A stretch of 64,000 bases of DNA, taken from assembly GCA_951406725.2 (NCBI GenBank), contig OX597835.1:10850001-10914000 (forward strand), written 5' to 3'. The notes beneath the pieces were generated by a model. The model was not told the DNA's origin. It saw only the letters and a program-made list of their open reading frames with translations, and did no database searches. Positions 54,022 through 64,000 of the stretch are shown here, piece after piece; positions within the stretch are counted from its first letter, which is position 1, and every line of letters begins with the position of its first letter. A program made the position numbers and the translations under genes. The DNA comes from Octopus vulgaris (lineage: Eukaryota).

Positions 54022-54163
54022 CAGGTCGACTTTGCCTTTCATTCTTTTGGGGTTGATTAAATAAGTACCAGTTACACACTGGGTCGATATAATCGACTTA
54101 ATCCATTTGCCTGTCCTTGTTCGTCCCCTCTATGTTTAGCCCCTTGTGGGTAGTAAAGAAATA
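54022..54163 (+). mobile_element. SINE family D, 3' half
   Basis: AGGTCGACTTTGCCTTTCAT...TTTAGCCCCTTGTGGGTAGTAAAGAAAT. Confidence 0.85.
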
Positions 54164-54275
54164 GGTAAGGACAAAGGACCTCAACATATGAAATAACTGC
54201 CCTGAATAAGATCAGTTTAACATACAAGAAAGCTTAGAAACACGGACATAAAATGATAATGGTATGAAGATTATA

Positions 54276-54314
<39 letters not shown>

Positions 54315-54320
<6 letters not shown>

Positions 54321-54633
54321 GTCTGGGGAGAGTCATTCTCTTTTAGTGCCTTATTATTTAACACACTCACCGGTAAAATTTCCACTTATTTTTTAGTTTT
54401 TATTTTCTAAAATTTTCATTGCGTCTTGCAACCTTTTCAATAGTCTTGACTCTGTCCGTTTGTTTGTGCGCATGTGTGTGGGTCAGTGTGCGTGTGTGTG
54501 CCTATAATGCATACATGCACTGCACATGCCTATACATGCACTAAAAGAGAATGACTCTCCCCAGACACAACAGAATATGCTTCAACACACGAACTCATAT
54601 AAAGAATCTTGCAAACCAAATCCAAAAACGAAA
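54315..54633. mobile_element. Element in (TA)n with 35-bp inverted arms (54315-54349 / 54538-54572) and a variant hammerhead-like motif
   Basis: Perfect inverted arms; motif at 54407-54443 on the minus strand. Confidence 0.65.
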
Positions 54634-54647
54634 TATATATATATTTT

Positions 54648-54827
54648 TTTTTCAGATAAAGATTAGTGTACATTTCAACTCAAAGAGGCAAGCCTTTAAA
54701 CAGGTTACCTAACATACTAGAAAGAACAGTCAAAAAGTTCAAACCACTGCTTTTTCTAGTATGTTAGGCAACCTGTTTAAAGGCTTGCCCTTTGTGTTTA
54801 AATGTACACTAATCTTTATCTGAAAAA
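54648..54827. repeat. 180-bp imperfect palindrome
   Basis: TTTTTCAGATAAAGATTAGTGTACATTT...AAATGTACACTAATCTTTATCTGAAAAA. Confidence 0.85.
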
Positions 54828-55434
54828 TATGTCTATTGACTTTGTATACATACTAGGCCACTGGTAGAAAAAAATTTCTATAATTTTTCCTACCCTATAT
54901 TTATTTTAAGTAAAGTTGATGTAGGTGAGATTTGAGCTCAGAATGGAGAGATCCACTCTGACAGACTTGGTCAATATGTGCATGTGTATTTGTGTACATG
55001 TGTGTATGTCTGTGTGCACATGTGCATGCGTGTATATAAGCACACACGTCTACATAGACAGATGGGTACATACATATATCTCTATACACGTATATAGTTA
55101 CATGCATGTATACATAAATATTTATAACCACATTTGCATATATATCCTGATGATAATTTCACCAATAACAAACGGTATTGAGACAGGTTTTGTATCTCTT
55201 CCTTACAACATGTCACATTGCAATCCACTGATGTCTTATTCCTTTGGCACAACATCCTGTGATCCGATACCTGAGTTGACAGAAACATAAATCTCTTCAT
55301 TAATTGAATGATTGTACAGAGTGACAAATGTTGTACTTTGGGGATTGGATTGTCTGCTTTGAGTTAATGAATAAATAAATAACATTTTGTTCATGTAACG
55401 AAAATTTCTCCCATTTTATAAAAACAGTACTGCC

Positions 55435-55951
55435 TCTGTGTAAGAGTACCCCTGCACAACAGTACCCCAATGCAAGAGTATGCCAGTGCAAGAGTACCCT
55501 AGTGCAAGAACATCCCTGTGCAAGAGTACCCTTGTGCAAGAACATCCCTGTTCAAGAGTACCCTAGTGCAAGAGTACCCCTGTGCAAGAATATCCCTGTT
55601 GAAGAGTACCCCAGTGCAAGAGTACCCTTGTGCAAGAACATCCCTGTTCAAGAGTACCCCAGTGTAAGAGTACCCCTGTGCCAGAATATCCCTGTTCAAG
55701 AGTACCTCACTGCAAGAATACCCCAGTGAAGAGCACCCCTGTGCAAGAGTACCCCAGTGCAAGAGTACTTCAATGCATCAGCACCGCTGTGCAAGAGTAC
55801 CCCTGTTCAAGAACATTCCTGTTCAAGAGTAACACAGTGCAAGAATACCCCAGTGCAAAAATATCACTGTGCATGAGTACTTCAGTGCAAGAGTACCCCA
55901 GTGCAAGAGTACCCCAGTGCAAGAACACCCCAGTGCAAGAACACCCCAGTG
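55435..55951. repeat. Minisatellite, 16-17-bp unit GTGCAAGAGTACCCC(A/T), roughly 30 copies
   Basis: Direct reading. Confidence 0.92.
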
Positions 55952-56328
55952 GTTTGATTACCTGAACTACTACCCATTGTGTTTGTGTAGAAATGACAGT
56001 GTGTAACTCCACTGGTCCTTGAAATTAAAAGTATGGACCATCAGACAGGCTTCCATATGCAAGGTTTCAGTTGATCTGAAGTCATCGAAGATTCCAGGAA
56101 TGAATCAGAACAAGGATCCTGTGGACAGTGAAGTGTGTTCCTCAGTCACTGAGTCATGCCTGTACCCTGTTTCTCATTTGTATGCCCAATCATGCATGCA
56201 CACACACACTGTTGGACTGTGCATGAAAACATTTGGTTGAGAAGAAAACTTCTTACAGCACGACCAAGCCTGTGCCTATATATATATATACATAGGCACA
56301 TACACACTCTCACATACACACACACACG

Positions 56329-56596
56329 CCTTCGTTTTGGGACCACCACTACTTTATTATCTCACCTTCTTCCTAGCTCTCCTATGTGACTCCCCTGTCC
56401 ATCATTTTCCATGATAGATCACTAACCACTAAACCATTTTTACTTTCTCTCCCTGTTTATTTCTGTGTTTCTTTCTGTCAAAGAGCATATGCTCGAAACG
56501 TAAAAGACTTTCACACTTCCCAAGTATTAAACTAATACATCTGTTTGTTATTTAGACACCCATCTTCATCTTTTGTTTTTTTGTAAATTCTCACTA
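56329..56596 (+). mobile_element. Short repeat with a decayed hammerhead-like motif (56471-56506)
   Basis: CUUU CUGUCAA A GAGC-auau-GCUC GAAA CG UA AAAG; same architecture as 14956-14990. Confidence 0.5.
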
Positions 56597-56757
56597 TATA
56601 CATATACATATATATATAAGTTCAGCAAAATTTAGATTCAGATGATGTAATACTTACAGTGTTTAATAAAATGAAGTAGCATGAAACAATTGTACTACTC
56701 TACCTTGGATATACTTGTTGCTTATTTTGATTATACACACACACACACATATATATG

Positions 56758-56800
<43 letters not shown>

Positions 56801-56803
56801 ATT

Positions 56804-56842
<39 letters not shown>

Positions 56843-56843
56843 G

Positions 56844-56888
<45 letters not shown>

Positions 56889-56965
56889 GTATATATATAT
56901 ATGTATATATATATATGTATATATATATATGTATATATATGTATATATATATATGTATGTATATT

Positions 56966-56996
<31 letters not shown>

Positions 56997-57014
56997 GTAT
57001 GTATATTTATATAT

Positions 57015-57270
57015 CATCATCATCATCATCATCATCATCATCGTTTAACGTCCGTTTTTCGCGCTAGCACGGGTTGGACGGTTTCGACCGGGGTCTGGGG
57101 AGCTCGGGACTGCCCCAGGCTCCAGTCTAGTCTGGCAGTGTTTCTACAGCTGGATGCCCTTCCTAACGCCAACCACTCCGCGAGTGTAGTGGGTGCTTTT
57201 TACGTGCCACCTGCACAGGTGCCAGAGGGGTCTGGCATCAGCCACGTTCGGAATGGTGCTTTTTATGTGG
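57015..57270 (-). mobile_element. Family B inserted in (TA)n
   Basis: (CAT)n CGTTTAACGTCCG...GGATGCCCTTCCTAACGCCAACCACTCC. Confidence 0.88.
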
Positions 57271-57754
57271 GAGAGGGGTGCAGAAATATAGGGGAGCACC
57301 AGTGGGGAGGGGTGGTTCAGAGAAATGATGACAGTTTCTAGGCAAGTAGAACGTAGGATATCGAGAGAGGGGTAATGCATGGTGAAATAGCGTATTGAAG
57401 AGGGGGGTTCGAAGAGTAGACACCTATAATGGTGGTGGGAGAAGCGACATCCGGTATAGATGGAGCAAAATATAGAGATATCCGGTATTGGTGGTGGGGG
57501 TGGGAGGGCGGGCGCACCGCACATTGGGAGATGAGGTTTTAGGCGGCAGAAAGAAGACAGGGTTGAGATGAAATGCTTTGCGGTGGTGTGAATAAGTTTT
57601 TGTGAGTGAAAGTTTTTATGCTTCAGCTAGCATTTGAGATGAAAGACAACAATAATAATAAGGCTTGCAAAAACAATGAAAAGAGGAAACAGGTCGGGAA
57701 CTTAGCTGATGTTTTTTTCATCCTGCGGAAGCGAGTGAAGGTGAGATATATACC

Positions 57755-57907
<153 letters not shown>

Positions 57908-57911
57908 TATG

Positions 57912-57961
<50 letters not shown>

Positions 57962-57964
57962 ATT

Positions 57965-58024
<60 letters not shown>

Positions 58025-58145
58025 CAATTTGAGAAAATGGAGAAATATATCTAAATCAATCATCAACTATAAGATAATACCGAATCAATACTTTATTAAA
58101 ACACTACACAATAGCAATGATATTATGTATATATATATGTATATA

Positions 58146-58223
<78 letters not shown>

Positions 58224-58687
58224 GACCACATGCATAGGATGGTCTTCTTTCAATTTCAGTTTGTCAGATTCACCCAAATTCACTTTGGGCTATAGTAGAT
58301 GAAACAAGTTCAAGGTGTCATGCAGCAAGATTGCACCTGAAAACATGTGATTGTCGAAACGACCTTCTTAACTACACAGCCACGCCTGTACCTGTGTGTG
58401 TGTGTGTGTGTGTGTGAGGTGTGAACCACTATCTTTATTTTAAATAGACAACTTTACAGCTAAGTAAAGATTGATAAAATAAATAAATACAAGGCTGAAA
58501 ACAAGTGCTTGGGTCCAATGGCATCAACTGAAACCCCAGAAAATGTGGTGCTCCAGCATGGCTGTAATAAGTGTCTGCTGTTTCCTAAACAGCTCTAGGA
58601 CAGATGCTTTATCTTCCTGCATCTTATTTATGTCTGTGTTACAACCATGGCTTATATGCTGCTTTTTGTAGAATTGGAAACTTCAAA

Positions 58688-58732
<45 letters not shown>

Positions 58733-59096
58733 TGGGTGTATGCGTTGGTGTTGAGCTTTAAGCTTAAAGTACTTTTAAGTAAGCACACAAAATAATGAGA
58801 CTGTTTCTTTCTTTGGCTATCTCACACATCCCAGTGTCATGCAAAGACTGATGGTATAACTTTTCACTGCAGACATCATGTGTGTGTGTGTGTGTGTGTG
58901 TGTGTGGTTATACTCTCACACACACTTTCCTATACATACATACATACATGTATAAATACACACACACACACACTTATACACACTTATATATATATATATA
59001 TATAAGTATATGTATGTACTGACCTGTATATACATATATTGAGAGAGAGATATGTGTGTGTATATATATTTGTGTATATCTGTGTATTTATATAGC

Positions 59097-59136
<40 letters not shown>

Positions 59137-59985
59137 TGCACATGCATATAAGTATAAATATATGTAGATAAAAGAATATGTGTAGATATGTATATGTGTG
59201 TGTGTGTGTATATATGTATCTGCACATAAATGTGTGTGTGTGTATATATAAATATATATATATATACATACATATATATATATACATATATGCATGCATA
59301 CATACATACACATACATACATAAACGTGTTTATATATATATATATATATATACACCCACATATATAAGTATATAGACGTATACATACCTGTGTGTCTGTT
59401 ATTTTCTGGTCTATCACCTTAAGCAATTCATTCATGACTGCAATAATTTTCTTTTCTCTTTCTTCTTCTTTTTTTTTTATATATTTTTTTTGAACCAATC
59501 AGTACTGAAGTGAAAGAGTATGTCTAGGGTGGATGGTCAGGTGGAAGCGATAGTGCGAGGGGGGTGGGGATGGAACTGACAAAAAGAGCAACGAAGATAT
59601 ATAATTAAAAGTCTCTGATAAATAAGGAAAAAAAAAAAAAAAGAAAAAAAAGCGAATCATGAAACTAGTCAAAGTGTTTGTTTTTGCTGTTTTTTTCTTA
59701 TTGTGTTTTATTTTATTTTATTTCATTTTTTTTATAATCTCTTGTTTACTTTTGTGAAATGTTGTTTACTTCTTACTGTTACCTAAACAAAGTTTATTTA
59801 CATGACAATCTACTGGAATGATAGTAAACATATTGAATCTGTGACCGTGTGTATGCATTTATACATGTGTGCATATATGTGTGTGTGAGTGTGTATGAGT
59901 ATCTATCTATCTATCTCTCTATCTATCTATTTATCTATTTATCTCTCTGTCTCTCTGTCTCTCTGTCTCTCTGTCTCTCTGTCTG

Positions 59986-60027
<42 letters not shown>

Positions 60028-60038
60028 TAGATAGATAT

Positions 60039-60330
60039 AGGTGCGGGAGTGGTTGTGTGTTAAGTAGCTTGCTTACCAACCACATGGTTCCGGGTTCGTT
60101 CCCACTGCATGGCACCTTGAGCAAGTGTCTTCTACTATAGCCTCGGGCCGACTAAAGCCTTGTGAGTGGATTTGGTAAAAGGAAACTGACAGAAACCCAT
60201 CATATATATGTATATATATATGTATGTATATGTTTGTGCATCTGTGTTTGTCTCTCCAGCATCACTTCATAACCAGTGGTGGTGTGTTTGCATCCCCATA
60301 ACTTAGCAGTTTGGCAAAAAGAGACAGATA
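60039..60330 (+). mobile_element. SINE family A, 3'-truncated
   Basis: AGGTGCGGGAGTGGTTGTGTG...GAGACAGATAGAA. Confidence 0.85.
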
Positions 60331-60504
60331 GAAAGGGCAAGAGGAAAGACTCACACTACACAGCTTTTTGAAGAAACTCAAGCAACCACTCCAACCAAAC
60401 ATGCTTTGGTTTTTCTCAGACAAGAAAAAATTCTTCCTGGATGTGATGGTGAACACACAAAACAACCGTTGGCTTGCTGTGTCCCCAAAACATGTGCTGA
60501 GAGT

Positions 60505-60880
60505 GATAAAAATAATGTTGGCATTGCCTTTAAAATAAACCCAAGACTTGGGCCCCGTGCTATCCACCCACAGCAAAAATCACACTCACATCTCATAACA
60601 ACAATATGGCACAATTATTTCACCTCAATTGGCTCCGCTCTCTTTAACGTTACATTAAAGCAGAAAAAGACCCAATAAAGTTCAAAAAGTCTTTGGACAA
60701 ATTCCTTCAAAAAATCCTGGATAAACCTCCTACACCCGGATATGTCTCCATAAACAATAAATCTCTTCTTGAGTGGGCCATATTGTCCGATTCCTGATTT
60801 GAATGACTTTGCCAGGTGATGCTATTAAGTTAGACATGGCCTGGACAACTACTGGCTGAAACCTGTCAAAGTATCACAGT
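60505..60880 (+). pseudogene. CR1-like LINE 3' end
   Basis: NNVGIAFKINPRLGPRAI...HNYFTSIGSALFNV / IKAEKDPIKFKKSLDKFLQKILDKPPTPGYVSINNKSLLEW (LFN...FK..LDKFL...D.P..PGY signature). Confidence 0.7.
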
Positions 60881-60947
60881 ATAAGGCTATATATAATAAC
60901 ATGTAAGTGTTGGGCTGAAAAATCCTTTTGGATAGAAAAGGGCAAAA

Positions 60948-61017
60948 GCAGCCCGTTGGATTTGAACCCATATCTCTTCTAAGCATGACAGATGTTACAC
61001 CATTGAACCAAAACAAT
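60948..61017 (-). pseudogene. tRNA-like pseudogene or isolated SINE head
   Basis: Minus: TGGTTCAATGG A-box and GGTTCAAATCC B-box at tRNA spacing; poor cloverleaf. Confidence 0.5.
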
Positions 61018-61315
61018 TCTTTGAATTTCTCTGTTCATTGTAGAAACTTTTTTCTTACCAGCAAGAATTGTATGTATGCACGTGTGTGTGTGTGTGTATG
61101 TATGTATAAGTGTGTGTGTGTGTGTAATTATATTATGTAGGTAGGGTAAAATAACATCAAAATATTTCAACTTCCTGTTTTGTTATACACACACACACAC
61201 ACACTCATACACTCATACACACACATTGATACATGTACATACATGTTGAAAACTTAGATTGCTATCTTCCATTTTTCACTGCATGTGATCCTTCAGGCAA
61301 AATAGAGACAAACAG

Positions 61316-61357
<42 letters not shown>

Positions 61358-62293
61358 GATGATATATAATATATCATAAATATGTATGTATGTGTGTGTG
61401 TATATGTTTTATGAACATGCACTCGATATGTTTAATTGGTCATATTCTGATTCCTGTCCTTGTACACGCCATTCTTACTATTTTATATTCCATTACAAGA
61501 ATTTTTCATATTTTACTTCTGATGAATTTGAAATCTTTTCTTTATTTCTCCCCACCCCCCCCCACCCCCCTCTTCATTTTTATTTTACTTTCTCTTATTT
61601 TCTATCAGTTTACTTTTTTTGTCATCGCTCATAATCCCTCCATTCTCTCCCTCGCTCTCTCTCCCACCCTCTCTCTATCTACCTGTCTCTCTCGCCCTCT
61701 CCCTCTCTCACTCACACACTCTTTAATTTTCTTCCTCTCCAGTTGGAAGCCTTTTTGCCACCCCCACCACCACCACCAAATTGCAATTACCTAAGCATCT
61801 CTGGCGGCACATTTATGTTGAGAATAATAATGAAACTTTAATTCCAATAAATTCATAGATATGTAACTTATATTAAATTACCATTTAACATCTCAAGGCA
61901 AAAGGAATTTTGCATTTGGGATTTTTATGGATTTCACAGTCTGTGGTTTCAAATTTAAACGTTGGCAGGAGTGGCTGTGTGGTAAGTAGCTTGCTTACCA
62001 ACCACAATGGGCTGCTATCAGTCTAGGTGTTGCTTGATAGCCATTCCATCTGGCATTGCTCTCTTCCACCATTCCAGCCATTGAGATCAAAGGTCTTCAT
62101 CAGCCTGTTCTACTGGCAGGGTTTTTTTTTTTATTTTTAGAGTAATACCCCTCTAGATCTACCCAAATCAGTGGGAACATGTTCCCCTCAAGAAAGTTTA
62201 ATCTGGGACAGTTTCCATCATGAGTCAGAGGCTAAGATCTTTTCCCTGAACATGACCGATTGCCAAGGCATATGAGAACCAGTATCTGATGCG

Positions 62294-62492
62294 AGGCGGC
62301 GAGCTGGTAGAAACTTTAGCACGCCGGGCGAAATGCGTAGCCGTATTTCGTCTGTCGTTACGTTGTGAGTTCAAATTCCGCCGAGGTCGACTTTGCCTTT
62401 CATCCTTTCGGGGTCGATGTAATTGACTTAATCCCTTTGTCTGTCCTTGTTTGTCCCCTCTATGTTTAGCCCCTTGTGGGCAATGAAAAAAT
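62294..62492 (+). mobile_element. SINE family D, young, internal deletion between two GGGGTCGAT motifs
   Basis: Lacks the AAATTAAGTACCAG...ACT segment present in the 17352 copy. Confidence 0.88.
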
Positions 62493-62604
62493 ATATATAT
62501 ATATTGTGTGTCATTCAGAGAAAAGTACCACTTTTACACAGCTTAGTACTTCTACACAACTTTTGATCTTCTGTATATACGAGTCTGTGTATATCTTGTC
62601 GGCA

Positions 62605-62676
62605 GGCAGTTTAGCTTAACTGATAGAGCATTCAGCTCGTATCCGAGGGGTGCAGGTTTCAATCCCATAGCTGTTT
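62605..62676 (+). pseudogene. tRNA-like sequence, anticodon CGT (Thr-like), probable pseudogene
   Basis: Acceptor GGCAGTT/AGCTGTT, D-stem GCTT/GAGC, anticodon loop CTCGTAT; T-arm mispaired (GCAGG/CCCAT, loop TTTCAAT). Confidence 0.55.
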
Positions 62677-62762
62677 GGTGACAACTTTTTTCTGTCTTAT
62701 AAGGGTAACATACCCAGTTTTTCTACTGTTTTTACAGCTTTACTGCATTTGAAATATTACGT

Positions 62763-62924
<162 letters not shown>

Positions 62925-63024
62925 TAAGATATGGAGTGAATTTGCTACCCAGGTTAAACCAATTTTTTTGGTTAAACAAATTTTCCATGCTGACGATAAA
63001 CATAGGATAATTCATTCACCTACC

Positions 63025-63063
<39 letters not shown>

Positions 63064-63079
63064 GTATGTATGTATGTAC

Positions 63080-63112
<33 letters not shown>

Positions 63113-63116
63113 CATG

Positions 63117-63153
<37 letters not shown>

Positions 63154-63247
63154 ATGATATATATATGTATGTGCATGTATGTATATTCATATAATATTTA
63201 CATAATATTGAGGTCTCTTTCTTTCTTTTGTTATTTTAGCATTTTTA

Positions 63248-63419
<172 letters not shown>

Positions 63420-64000
63420 AATGAATTGTTTCAAGAGGAAGGGATGAAAGCAAGAAACAAGTGATGATGTAACTCCTGGCAATAAAGAGAAAATTTGCTC
63501 GGTAACAGCCTGAACGACAGTAAGATGTGCCCAGGGACGGAGAGGATGCGATGAGTTAATAAAACATCAGTAATTCGTTCGAAATATCTGTGAAGATCGA
63601 GCTGTGGACATATTTGCCAATTTATTAAAGAGCGATTGAAGTGTTGTTCACATGTTTAAGATATCTCGACAAATATTAATGTTTGTACATTTTCCTCGAG
63701 CACACATCTCACTGATACATCATAAGATAGATTCGATTCATTCTGAGATGTGATTTACCAATCTGGTTGCAGTTGTGGCTGAGTGGTTACGATGCAAGCT
63801 TCTTGACTGTACATTCGTGTCATTCATAAGGAGAAATTTGGGGTATTGTCCCATTGTGGGGTACTTTTGGACAACTTTTTCTTTTACAAATGGCCTTTGG
63901 CTGACTAATACTTTATGGGTAGGATTTGGTTGACAAAAGCTGTATGTGTATATATGTGATTGTGTGTGTGTACATATACAAATAAATAGATGTCTGTGTG

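Noticed and set aside
56675-56699. AGTAG-CAT-GAAA-CAATTG-TA-CTACT (stem I and a palindromic stem III)
   Set aside because: The CUGANGA core and stem II are absent; it may be a deleted hammerhead but cannot be supported.

Overview
A 64-kb AT-rich eukaryotic window with no recognisable host gene; it is intergenic or intronic. An octopus (coleoid cephalopod) origin is inferred from the SINE repertoire and the extreme microsatellite density. Almost all ORFs in the track are translations of (TA)n/(CA)n/(TAT)n repeats. Real content: (i) about 25 copies of a tRNA-headed SINE with a central microsatellite (family A), plus other SINE families (B-F; labels are mine); (ii) decayed autonomous elements (Tc1 transposase, two RTE LINE pieces, a CR1-like 3' end, R4/Dong-like and CRE-like endonuclease pieces, a hAT MITE with an 8-bp TSD); (iii) many micro/minisatellites. 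The most notable signal is about a dozen minimal type I hammerhead-ribozyme motifs (CUGANGA...GAAA...UH, with paired stems I-III, intact or decayed) in at least six unrelated short repeat families, most of them inside inverted-repeat structures typical of Penelope-like elements. One family (F) joins a tRNA-like Pol III head to a hammerhead-containing tail and occurs as a head-to-head inverted dimer, i.e. a candidate ribozyme-bearing SINE mobilised by Penelope-like elements. Everything was read by eye; nothing was confirmed by a database search.
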